Positions 29,156 to 37,704 of a stretch of DNA of 37,706 nt are shown one piece after another. A program made the position numbers and the translations under genes. Source of the DNA: Chloroflexia bacterium (GTDB taxonomy: Bacteria > Chloroflexota > Chloroflexia > Thermomicrobiales > UBA6265); the NCBI GenBank assembly GCA_013698305.1, contig JACCVC010000103.1, positions 1 to 37,706 of the forward strand. Reading direction: 5' to 3'. Numbering within the stretch: position 1 is the first letter of the stretch; each line of letters starts with the position of its first letter. Below the pieces are notes generated by a model. The model was given only the letters and a program-made list of their open reading frames with translations. It was not told where the DNA came from and did not search any database.

Positions 29156-29613
29156 GAGGCGTCCCGCGCGGCCTCTGACATTGCCCCGGTGTGCTGTCGG
29201 ACAAATTCAATCGCGTCCTGCAGGCGCGTGCCGGGTCCGAATATCTCGGCAACGCCGAGCTCCTTGAGCTTTGTGACATCGGCGGCCGGAATCGTCCCTC
29301 CCGCGATGACGAGCGCATCCGCCCGACCGACATTGGCCAGCGCCGTCATGATTGCCGGGAACAGCGACATGTGCGCGCCGGAGAGGATGCTCAGGCCGAC
29401 GACGTCGACGTCTTCCTGCAGAGCGGCGTTGGCGATCATCTCCGGGGTCTGGAACAGGCCGGTGTAGATGACCTCGAAGCCGGCGTCCCGGAATGCCCGT
29501 GCCATCACCTTCGCGCCCCGGTCATGACCGTCAAGACCGGGCTTGGCGACCAGGATCCGCACAGGTTGGTCAGATTGGTCGGTCATTGGTGATTCGGTGG
29601 AGGGTGTGGTCAT
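29152..29613 (-). CDS. Cobalamin-binding small subunit of a methylmalonyl-CoA-mutase-family enzyme
   Basis: [13 protein letters not shown] (DxHxxG), [21 protein letters not shown]; AGGAG SD before MTTPSTE. Confidence 0.92.
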   Translation of the reverse strand: MTTPSTESPMTDQSDQPVRILVAKPGLDGHDRGAKVMARAFRDAGFEVIYTGLFQTPEMIANAALQEDVDVVGLSILSGAHMSLFPAIMTALANVGRADALVIAGGTIPAADVTKLKELGVAEIFGPGTRLQDAIEFVRQHTGAMSEAARDAS

Positions 29614-29654
29614 CGTCCGTCGCTCCTGGTGCATGGCCGAATGGACCGACACCT

Positions 29655-29704
29655 GTAGCCTCGGACCTGGAGCCTGCCCTGAGCAGAGTCGAATGGGTCC
29701 GAGG
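29655..29704 (+). repeat. GTAG REP-like hairpin with nested CTGAGC..CGAA element
   Basis: GTAG-CCTCGGACC-[TGGAGCCTGCCCTGAGCAGAGTCGAATG]-GGTCCGAGG. Confidence 0.7.
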
Positions 29705-29715
29705 TCTGTCGGTTC

Positions 29716-30573
29716 CTATGAATCGTACCGGTGAAACCCGGATCCAGTCTTGCGTCCCAGCGTGCCCGCCGCGACCATCTGGCGGAGGAGGGGAGCGGGC
29801 CGGTACTTGTCGTCGCCGAAATCCTGGTGCAATACCTCCATGATGTGCAGGCAGACGTCGAGGCCGATGAGGTCGGCCAGCGCAAGCGGCCCCATCGGGT
29901 GGGACGCGCCGAGCTTCATCACCTCGTCGATGTCGACCGCCGAGGCGACTCCATCGGCGACGGCGAAGATCGCCTCGTTAATCATCGGCACGAGAATCCG
30001 GTTGGCGGCGAAGCCCGGCATGTCGGCGACCACGATTGGCGTCTTGCCCAACTGCGTGGCGACCCCCCGGATCGTCGCAATGGTCGCGCCATCGGTCTGC
30101 AATCCGCGCACGACCTCGACCAACGTGAGCACTGCTACCGGATTGAAGAAGTGCATGCCCGCAAATCGCCCTGGATTCGACACCCTGGCCGCAAGCGCCG
30201 TGATTGAGATTGAAGAGGTGTTGCTCGCAAGAATGGCGGTCTCGCCTACGGCATCATCGACCTCAGCGAATACCGCCCGCTTGGTGTCCAGCGACTCGAT
30301 CACCGCTTCGATCACGAGTTCGGAATTGCTGAGGGATTGCGTGTCAATGGAGCCTGTGATCCTGGACCGTGCCGCGTCTCGATCCTCCGTCGTCATCGCG
30401 TTCTTGTCGACGAGACGTTGCAGTCCTTTGTCGACCTTCTCGATCCCGCGCTGGACCAACTTGTCAGTGGTGTCAATGAGCCTGACATGATAGCCCGCCG
30501 TGGCCGCTACCTGGGCGATGCCAGCGCCCATCGTGCCGGCGCCGATCACGCCTATGTTTGTTATTGTCGTCAT
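29716..30573 (-). CDS. hbd: 3-hydroxybutyryl-CoA dehydrogenase
   Basis: GVIGAGTMGAGIAQ, ASNTSSISIT, GMHFFNP, PGFAANRIL, HPMGPLALADLIGLD. Confidence 0.92.
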   Translation of the reverse strand: MTTITNIGVIGAGTMGAGIAQVAATAGYHVRLIDTTDKLVQRGIEKVDKGLQRLVDKNAMTTEDRDAARSRITGSIDTQSLSNSELVIEAVIESLDTKRAVFAEVDDAVGETAILASNTSSISITALAARVSNPGRFAGMHFFNPVAVLTLVEVVRGLQTDGATIATIRGVATQLGKTPIVVADMPGFAANRILVPMINEAIFAVADGVASAVDIDEVMKLGASHPMGPLALADLIGLDVCLHIMEVLHQDFGDDKYRPAPLLRQMVAAGTLGRKTGSGFHRYDS

Positions 30574-30621
30574 GCGGTTCTTGCCTGTTCGCGATGATAT
30601 CCAAGGCGTCGTTCCGTTGGA

Positions 30622-31302
30622 TTATACGGGTGATGCGGCGTCCTGCTGCGGCACTGGCAATACCGACTTGCGGGCGTTGATGTCGTTCATCGCGGTGGAG
30701 ATGCCTTCGGCCAGCCACAACTCGACCGTGTCCGCCGCGGTCTCGATCACGGTGCGCAGCTGATCCTGCTCGTCGGGCGCGAAGTTGGAAAGAACGTGCG
30801 CCTTCGCCTTGTTCGGTCCGCGACCGATTCCAAGCCGAAGACGGGGAATCTCCTGCTTTCCGGTCTGCTCGATGATCGACCTGAGGCCGTTATGACCGCC
30901 CGCGCTGCCCCCCGGTCGCATCCGGATTTGCCCGTAGGGCAGATCGAGATCGTCCACCACGATCAACATCTGCTCGACCGGAGTGCGGAACCAGTTCAGC
31001 GCCTCTCGCACGGCATTGCCACTATCGTTCATGTAGGTCTGGGGTTTGACCAGCACCAGCTTGCCACCGGGATGGCGGGTTTCCAGTAACTCGGATCTGA
31101 ACCGCTTTCGCACCGTCGATTCGCCGGCCCTGCGGGCCAGTTCATCCACGACGATGAAGCCGAGATTGTGCCGGGTGTTCGCGTAGTTCCTGCCGGGATT
31201 GCCCAGACCGACCACTATATGCGTTCCTGCCGCCATTTCTGCATTGTCCTCATCATTGTTGTCATCGTCGCGGTTTCGCCAGTTGCTTAGCCAGTTGAGC
31301 AT
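30622..31302 (-). CDS. pth: Peptidyl-tRNA hydrolase
   Basis: IVVGLGNPG..YANTRHNLGF, KPQTYMN.SG, DDLDLP.G, GGHNGLRS, RLRLGIGR; SD AGAGGG before MLNWL. Confidence 0.95.
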   Translation of the reverse strand: MLNWLSNWRNRDDDNNDEDNAEMAAGTHIVVGLGNPGRNYANTRHNLGFIVVDELARRAGESTVRKRFRSELLETRHPGGKLVLVKPQTYMNDSGNAVREALNWFRTPVEQMLIVVDDLDLPYGQIRMRPGGSAGGHNGLRSIIEQTGKQEIPRLRLGIGRGPNKAKAHVLSNFAPDEQDQLRTVIETAADTVELWLAEGISTAMNDINARKSVLPVPQQDAASPV

Positions 31303-31411
31303 GACGTGATCCCTCTCTGGGCTATACTTCCGGTGAGTCATTGTGCCACGACAGCCCGCGCTTTGGGCAGCGTCCCGGACTTGACCAGTAACACGCGCAG
31401 GAGAATCGACC

Positions 31412-32191
31412 ATGTTTGGTGTTGGACCGATGGAGATGACTATCATCGCCGTTGTGGCGTTGCTCATCTTCGGACCGGAAAAGCTTCCCGAGATGATGGG
31501 GCAGGCGGGCAAGCTCGTCCGTGACTTCCGCAACATGAGCGCGGAGATGACCGGCGAGTTCGAGAAGACCGTCGCCGAGGCTAAGAGCGTCGGAAAGCAG
31601 ATCAACACCGAGATGGGCGCGATGACCAGGGAAGTTTCATCGGTCACCGACAGCGTGCAGCGAGAACTCGGCGGCACGAAGGGCAAGGGCGGCAAGGGGT
31701 CGAAATCTACAACCGCCAGCAAGCAAACCGCTTCTGGCGGCAAGAAGTCCGGGTCGACATCGAAACCTTCCACACGCAAGCCCGCGGCCGGAAAGTCATC
31801 GACGTCATCTTCGACGTCATCATTGTCCACTGAATCAGCTGACGCGACGACTTCCCGAACGTCGAAGAGTGCAACCACCTCGTCCGACAAGACATCGAAA
31901 ACGACGACAAAGCCCAGGGCGACTCCTGCGCCTCAGGCGTCTCGCGAGGATCCGAGCGCGTCGATCTCGTTATTCGAGCCGTCCGCTCCAAAACGCGATC
32001 GGCGGGCGCGAACCGCGACGCTGTCATCATTCGGTGAGGCAACGCCACGCACGAGTCGTGAGTCTGCGGAGCAGGCGACTGAGACTCGATCGACTCCCTC
32101 TGTGGCGTCACCGAGCCCGGACGCGAACGATCCTCTCGCCCGTGCCCGGCAGCGACGACAGGCGGCAGGGTATGCGCGAGGCAGCTCCTGA
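31412..32191 (+). CDS. tatB: TatA/TatB-family translocase subunit with long Ser/Thr/Lys-rich tail
   Basis: MFGVGPME..ALLIFGPEKLPE followed by an amphipathic helix; AGGAG SD. Confidence 0.8.
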   Translation: MFGVGPMEMTIIAVVALLIFGPEKLPEMMGQAGKLVRDFRNMSAEMTGEFEKTVAEAKSVGKQINTEMGAMTREVSSVTDSVQRELGGTKGKGGKGSKSTTASKQTASGGKKSGSTSKPSTRKPAAGKSSTSSSTSSLSTESADATTSRTSKSATTSSDKTSKTTTKPRATPAPQASREDPSASISLFEPSAPKRDRRARTATLSSFGEATPRTSRESAEQATETRSTPSVASPSPDANDPLARARQRRQAAGYARGSS

Positions 32192-32197
32192 GCCCAG

Positions 32198-33466
32198 ATG
32201 GATTTAACCTCAAGCCACGCGACCGCAACCATGACCCATCGAACTCCCATAGCGACCAGCGCCGCCAATCGTGATCGCTTCCGGTTTGACCTGCTTGCTG
32301 AAGACAAGCGAACCTGGGCGCGCCGAGGTCGACTGCACACGGTTCGCGGTGTCGTCGAGACGCCCGCTTTCATGCCGGTAGGCACGCAAGCGACGGTGAA
32401 GACGCTCCATCCCGACGAAGTGCGGTCCACTGGCGCGCAGATCATTCTCGCCAACGCCTACCATCTGATGTTACGTCCTGGCGCGGACCTGATCCGCGAC
32501 GCAGGCGGGCTCCATCGATTCATGGGGTGGGACGGTCCGATCCTGACTGACAGCGGCGGGTTCCAGGTCTTCAGCCTCGCCGCCACCAACAAGGTGACCG
32601 AGGAGGGCGTGACCTTTACGTCGCACATCGACGGTAGCCGATGGACGATGACGCCGGAATCGGTGATTGACCTGCAATTGACGTTCGGCTCCGACATCAT
32701 GATGCAACTGGATCACGTGCTTGGTCTGCCCGCCGAGAGATCGGCGATCACCGATGCGACCGAGCGCTCGTCTCGATGGCTGGAGCGAGCGATTCGGGCG
32801 CTGGATCAGGTGCAACCCGGGGAATCGAGCGCGGTGCTGTTCGGGATTCAGCAGGGCGGCATGGAGCCTGACCTACGTCGGGAACATGCCCAGCGCCTGG
32901 CAAGGATGGATGTGGTCGGGTGCGCAGTTGGAGGGCTTAGCGTCGGCGAGCCAAAGCCAGTAATGGCGGCGATGCTGGAAGATACGACGCCGTATCTGCC
33001 TCGCGAGAAGCCGCGCTACCTGATGGGCGTCGGCTCGCCCGAGGACCTCTGGCACGGTGTCGCTCGGGGGATTGACATGTTCGATTGCGTGCTGCCGACC
33101 AGGGCGGCACGCAACGCCGCGCTGTTCACCGACGATGGGCGAGTGCAGATCAGCAACGCCTCATGGCGGCAGGCGCATCGTCCGATCGACGAGCATTGCG
33201 ACTGCCGAGCATGCACGCAGTTCACCGCCGCTTACCTCCACCACCTGTTCCGGACGCGCGAAGTGCTTGGACTCCGGCTCGCCTCCGAGCATAACCTCCG
33301 GTTCCTGGCGCGAGTGATGCAGCGCATTCGGGACGCCACTGTTGACGGATCGTTTGCGGAGGCGGGTGACGCGTTTCTCGACCGCTACCAGGCGGCACGC
33401 GGCCAGGAATCCGTCTCGATGCCGAATCGTTCCGTTCTGGCGGCGGCTGATCGGGCGGTTCGATGA
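32198..33466 (+). CDS. tgt: tRNA-guanine transglycosylase
   Basis: TPAFMPVGT, LTDSGGFQVFSL, QGG, GGLSVGE, PRYLMGVG, DMFDCVLPTR, CDCRAC..HNL Zn site; start may be 32231. Confidence 0.96.
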   Translation: MDLTSSHATATMTHRTPIATSAANRDRFRFDLLAEDKRTWARRGRLHTVRGVVETPAFMPVGTQATVKTLHPDEVRSTGAQIILANAYHLMLRPGADLIRDAGGLHRFMGWDGPILTDSGGFQVFSLAATNKVTEEGVTFTSHIDGSRWTMTPESVIDLQLTFGSDIMMQLDHVLGLPAERSAITDATERSSRWLERAIRALDQVQPGESSAVLFGIQQGGMEPDLRREHAQRLARMDVVGCAVGGLSVGEPKPVMAAMLEDTTPYLPREKPRYLMGVGSPEDLWHGVARGIDMFDCVLPTRAARNAALFTDDGRVQISNASWRQAHRPIDEHCDCRACTQFTAAYLHHLFRTREVLGLRLASEHNLRFLARVMQRIRDATVDGSFAEAGDAFLDRYQAARGQESVSMPNRSVLAAADRAVR

Positions 33467-33945
33467 CCGACGAGCGACGACCAAGGCCACCATGGCGAGA
33501 GCCGGAGTTAGAAGTTCGAGAAGGTTCTGGCTGGTATCGTCCGGTCTTCGACCCGGAGTCAGAAGGCGCCATTGCCGTCGGCATCGACCTGATCGAGATT
33601 CCCAGGATACAGCGATCGATTGACGATTTCGGCGAGCGGTTTCTCAATCGGGTCTACACCGAGCGGGAGCGGGAACGATACCGGGGCAGGACCAACGAGC
33701 TTGCTGCCCGGTTCGCCGCCAAGGAGGCGACCTCCAAGGCACTCGGTACCGGTATCATCGGCATCCGTTGGCGGGAGATAGAGATTCTCCCCAATCGCCG
33801 TGGTAAACCTGTGCTGATCCTGCATGGGCGTGCTGCCGAGCGCGCTCGGCAACTGGGGTTAAATCATTTCAGTGTGTCGTTGACGCATTCTCGCACCGAC
33901 GCGATGGCCTTTGTGGTTGCCACGCACAGGGACACTGATCGCTGA
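33463..33945 (+). CDS. acpS: Holo-ACP synthase
   Basis: VGIDLIEI.RI, LAARFAAKEA..KALGTG, GKP, VSLTHS; ATGA overlap with tgt. Confidence 0.94.
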   Translation: MTDERRPRPPWREPELEVREGSGWYRPVFDPESEGAIAVGIDLIEIPRIQRSIDDFGERFLNRVYTERERERYRGRTNELAARFAAKEATSKALGTGIIGIRWREIEILPNRRGKPVLILHGRAAERARQLGLNHFSVSLTHSRTDAMAFVVATHRDTDR

Positions 33946-33956
33946 CGAATCATTAC

Positions 33957-33980
33957 GTAGTGGCCGACCCTGTGTCGGCC
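33957..33980 (+). repeat. GTAG REP-like palindrome
   Basis: GTAG-T-GGCCGAC-CCTGT-GTCGGCC. Confidence 0.7.
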
Positions 33981-34066
33981 TGGTCTTGCCAAGCCCGGTT
34001 TGAAAAGAGCATAGGGGCTTCACCAAGAGTCAAACGTAACACACGTTGTTTCAGGGAGATGAGAGC

Positions 34067-35077
34067 ATGAACGAACAGACGCGACCGACCTTGAGCGGGC
34101 GCCAGCAGTGGGCAGACGCCGATTTCGCGAAGGCAATCGCGCCGCATCGAGAGTTTGGCGCCCACAAATGGAATGTCGGCGGTGTAGTGGTGATCGCTGG
34201 ATCGCCGATGTACACCGGGGCGGCCCAGCTCTGCACGAGGGCGGCCGGTCGGGCAGGGGCGGGAATCGTCCACCTGGCCGCACCGCGAAGCGTGATCTCG
34301 ATCATCGCGTCGGCGATACCCGAGGTGGCGCACATTCCGCTGTCTGGGATTGATTCGTCCAATGGCGTGCGGCAGGCGATCGACGCGCTCAGCGAACACC
34401 TGGAACGGGCTCGCGCGATCGTGGTCGGTCCCGGCCTAGGTGATGACGACGGCATCTCGGACTTCCTGTCGGTCCTGTTCGGACTGCGCCAAGGCATGCG
34501 AGGAGTTGACCAGTCGATGGGGTTCTCGACGGTGACTCCGATCCGCGACGAACAGGAGTCCGCTCAGGCGCCACTGTTCGCCCTGTCGGATTCGACCGTC
34601 GTGGTTGACGCCGATGGGCTGAACTGGCTGGCGAAACAGCCGGAGTGGTGGACGCGAATTCCGCCGCAACGGCTGATCCTGACACCGCATCCGGGCGAAC
34701 TGGGGCGGCTCCTGGGGCGCGACGTGGGAGATGTCATCGCCGATCCGCTTGCCGTCGTCGAGGAGGCAGCCACGCTCTGGAATCAGACGGTCGTGTTCAA
34801 ATATGGATACACGGCTGCGTCCAACGGCGAGCGGACGATGGTCGCCGAAGACGCCCCAGTGTCGCTGGCGACAGCAGGGAGCGGAGACGTCCTGGCGGGC
34901 GTCATCGGGGCGTTCGCGGCACAGGGGCTGGAGCCGATCGACGCCGCCGGGCTGGCATTGCACGTCGGACCGCGCGCGGCCCGGCGTGGCGAGCAACGCT
35001 TCGGGTCGTATGGCCTTATCGCCGCCGACCTGCCGGAATGCGTGGCACTGGAGTTGGCGACACTGACGGATGATTGA
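34067..35077 (+). CDS. nnrD: ADP-dependent NAD(P)HX dehydratase (stand-alone)
   Basis: HK..G.V.VIAGS..YTGA, VVGPGLG, VVDADGL, ILTPHPGE, LATAGSGDVLAG. Confidence 0.9.
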   Translation: MNEQTRPTLSGRQQWADADFAKAIAPHREFGAHKWNVGGVVVIAGSPMYTGAAQLCTRAAGRAGAGIVHLAAPRSVISIIASAIPEVAHIPLSGIDSSNGVRQAIDALSEHLERARAIVVGPGLGDDDGISDFLSVLFGLRQGMRGVDQSMGFSTVTPIRDEQESAQAPLFALSDSTVVVDADGLNWLAKQPEWWTRIPPQRLILTPHPGELGRLLGRDVGDVIADPLAVVEEAATLWNQTVVFKYGYTAASNGERTMVAEDAPVSLATAGSGDVLAGVIGAFAAQGLEPIDAAGLALHVGPRAARRGEQRFGSYGLIAADLPECVALELATLTDD

Positions 35078-35117
35078 CCTTCGGTACCTGTGAGATCGCC
35101 CGAAAGCGTATCGACTC

Positions 35118-35211
35118 GCAGGGGAGGATCTTGTATCCTCCCGCCGTTCGGGAGGATACTTCGTCCTGAGCAACGCGAAGGATTTTGCACAGGCTCCGGG
35201 TCCTCCCCTAC
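35118..35211. repeat. Inverted REP-like doublet; the second copy carries a nested CTGAGC..CGAAGG element
   Basis: GCAG-GGGAGGAT-CTTGT-ATCCTCCC (35118-35142) and GGGAGGATAC-[insert]-GGGTCCTCCC-CTAC (35150-35211). Confidence 0.7.
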
Positions 35212-35230
35212 AAAAGGCTCCCACCCCACC

Positions 35231-35746
35231 ATGACTACTGATGAATACCAGCAAGACACCGCGCCGAATGTTCGAGAGATCATGCAGACAGAAGTCGTGA
35301 CGGTATCGCCCGACGACTCGGTCGCCACGGTTGCCAACATGCTGGCGACGCTCGGTCTCGTCGGCGTGCCGGTGGTTGAAAACGACACGATGATCGGGAT
35401 CATCACCGACTCGGACATCATCGCCCGCGAGGCGGACGTCGACGCGCCGACGCCGGTCGCCTTTCTCGACGCAATCTTCATGGCGGATGCCGGAAAGAGC
35501 TACGACGAGGAGATTCGCCACGCGCTGGCGGTCAACGCGCGGCAGTTAATGACGACACCGGTGATCAGCATTCGGGATTCTGCGACGCTCATGCACGTGG
35601 CGACCCTGATGATCGACGAGCGAGTCAACCCAGTGCCGGTGCTGGATGACAACGACAACCTCGTCGGGCTGGTGTCGCGGGCTGATCTCGTCCGGGTGAT
35701 CGCCGCGCTGGAGTCTCAGGACGACGGTGATGACGACGCCCGCTGA
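35231..35746 (+). CDS. CBS-pair domain protein
   Basis: VREIMQTEVVTVSPD..VPVV..GIITDSDI and LMTTPVISI..VPVLD..VGLVSRADL. Confidence 0.9.
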   Translation: MTTDEYQQDTAPNVREIMQTEVVTVSPDDSVATVANMLATLGLVGVPVVENDTMIGIITDSDIIAREADVDAPTPVAFLDAIFMADAGKSYDEEIRHALAVNARQLMTTPVISIRDSATLMHVATLMIDERVNPVPVLDDNDNLVGLVSRADLVRVIAALESQDDGDDDAR

Positions 35747-36959
35747 CCTCGACCGGCTTCTGGACGGCTGGCGGGGGAGGCCAACGGTAGCGGTGATCGA
35801 CCTTGACGTGCTGCGCGAGAATGTTCGGCTGTTCAAGACGCTGATCTCTTCGACGACATCGCTGATGGCGGTCGTCAAGGCCGACGGTTACGGACACGGA
35901 TCGGTGCCGATCGCGAAGGCTGCCCTCGCGGCGGGCGCGGACGAGCTTGGCGTGGCGACGGTTGATGAGGGCACGCGATTGCGTGACACCGGGATCGACG
36001 CGCCGATCCTGGTGTTGGGGCCGATCGGCGCCAACGAGCGCTCCAGGGCATTGTCGAAGCGGCTGACGCTGGTGGTGTCGGACCTCGGCTTCGCCCGTGG
36101 AGTCGAGACCGACAAGCAGATGTTGCGGCTCAAGGAACCGGTGCCGGTGCATCTCAAGATCGACACAGGGATGCGGCGGTTTGGCGCTTCGCCCGAGGAT
36201 TCGGTCGAGATTGCGACGTTTATTTCGGCGTCACCGCACCTCGAGCTTGCCGCGGTGATGACCCATTTCGCTGCCGCTGATGATGCCGACCCCGCGTTCA
36301 CATTGGATCAGACCCGCCGGTTCAGTACCGTCTGTGAGACGATCCGGGCAGCCGGCGTGACGGTTCCGCAGGTGCATCTTGCCAACAGCGCCGCCACGAT
36401 TCGGTTCCCGGACCTGTTCCGGGATCGAGTGCGGGTGGGCATCGCAATGTACGGGCTTCAGCCGGGACCTGATATCGATCTGCCCGACGGCGTGAAGCCG
36501 GTGATGACCCTTCACAGCCGCCTCGGCCGGGTCTTTTCCGTTCAGCCCGGAGAGAGCGTCGGCTATGGACGCTTCTGGAACGCCGCTAAGCCGACGATGG
36601 CGGGCCTCGTGCCGCTGGGGTACGCGGACGGGTACCGGCGTCACGGTTCCGACAACTTCTGGATGTCCGTCAACGGACGCCGGAGCCCTGTGCTGGGGCG
36701 CATCTCGATGGATCAGACCGTCGTCGAGGTGGATGCTCGTGCCAGGAAGGGTGATCCGGTGATCGTGGTGGGCGATGGCACTGATGGCGTCGCGCCAACA
36801 TTGAACGACCTGGCGACGTTGATCGACACGATCCCGTATGAGCTGGCGACAGGTCTGGTTGCCCCGCGGCTGCCTCATCTCTATGTGCAACAAGGTGAGC
36901 TGGTGGCGATCTCGGACGCGTCTGGGTACCGGGAGGTCAATCCGACCGCGTTGGGGTAG
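35727..36959 (+). CDS. alr: Alanine racemase
   Basis: PLP motif MAVVKADGYGHG, HLKIDTGMRRFG, THFAAAD, HLANSAA, VGYG, GYADG, GRISMDQ, TIPYE. Confidence 0.96.
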   Translation: MMTTPADLDRLLDGWRGRPTVAVIDLDVLRENVRLFKTLISSTTSLMAVVKADGYGHGSVPIAKAALAAGADELGVATVDEGTRLRDTGIDAPILVLGPIGANERSRALSKRLTLVVSDLGFARGVETDKQMLRLKEPVPVHLKIDTGMRRFGASPEDSVEIATFISASPHLELAAVMTHFAAADDADPAFTLDQTRRFSTVCETIRAAGVTVPQVHLANSAATIRFPDLFRDRVRVGIAMYGLQPGPDIDLPDGVKPVMTLHSRLGRVFSVQPGESVGYGRFWNAAKPTMAGLVPLGYADGYRRHGSDNFWMSVNGRRSPVLGRISMDQTVVEVDARARKGDPVIVVGDGTDGVAPTLNDLATLIDTIPYELATGLVAPRLPHLYVQQGELVAISDASGYREVNPTALG

Positions 36960-37005
36960 TGAACCGAGTTCCGGATTGTGATCGAGCGTTTCGCTCTCAC
37001 GCCGC

Positions 37006-37075
37006 GTAGGAAAGACCCTTGTGGTGTCCATAGGTAGGAATGCGACCGAGCGCCGGCACAAGGCCGGCCCGTACG
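37006..37075. repeat. Inverted REP-like doublet
   Basis: GTAG-GAAAGAC-CCTTGTG-GTGTCC (plus, degenerate) and the minus-strand copy 37047-37075 matching 23618-23646. Confidence 0.7.
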
Positions 37076-37098
37076 CATGTTTGTCATCCTGGGCAGGC

Positions 37099-37136
37099 GC
37101 AACAACGGCTGGCAGTGATCTGCCAGCCGTTGTTGC
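37099..37136. other. Perfect 17-bp hairpin between convergent genes
   Basis: GCAACAACGGCTGGCAG-TGAT-CTGCCAGCCGTTGTTGC. Confidence 0.7.
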
Positions 37137-37200
37137 CCATCCAAATGCGTGTCTGCTATGTGAACCGAGGAAGCTCCCTTTCAACTTCGCCAGGCGAGAT

Positions 37201-37704
37201 CTACACCCCGGCTTCGTATTCCAGTTCCACGGTCTTCATGTGATCGATGTCCCGGCGAACCACGAAGGTACGTCCACTCATGTCATCGCGGACATAGTTC
37301 AGCCGTTTCTCGTCCATCCATCGGTAGATGGTCGGGCGGGTGACTTCGAGTTGCTGCGCGGCGTTGCCGATGCTGACCAACTCACTCTGATCGTAGGCGC
37401 GATATTTCGCCAGGGCGAGCATGCGGCCCAGGTCGGTATCCCAGAACGATCGCGGCACGGTGTAGTCATCCGCCGCGACCGGCCAGAACAAGAGTTGGAG
37501 GACCGAGTCGATCGCTTCCAGCACAAGTTCCTGAGGTTCTCTGACCTGGCCACGAGCCAGGCGCGCTAATCGCAGAAGATCCTGACCCAACGGGCCGCCG
37601 CGAAGTTGGTCGAGCGACAGCGATTGGAACGTCTCGGGCGCGAGTTGCGTCACCAATCGATGATAGTGGCTGTAGACCAACTGCAGCGCGTTGTCCATGA
37701 CCAT
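37201..37704 (-). CDS. Protein with C-terminal excisionase/MerR-like HTH (HTH_17 type); may start beyond the window edge
   Basis: LVSIGNAAQQLEVTRPTIYRWMDEKRL; helical N-terminal domain. Confidence 0.75.
   Translation of the reverse strand: MVMDNALQLVYSHYHRLVTQLAPETFQSLSLDQLRGGPLGQDLLRLARLARGQVREPQELVLEAIDSVLQLLFWPVAADDYTVPRSFWDTDLGRMLALAKYRAYDQSELVSIGNAAQQLEVTRPTIYRWMDEKRLNYVRDDMSGRTFVVRRDIDHMKTVELEYEAGV

Noticed and set aside
37201-37704. Prophage or ICE boundary suggested by the excisionase-like HTH
   Set aside because: No integrase, att-like repeat, tRNA or phage gene in the window.
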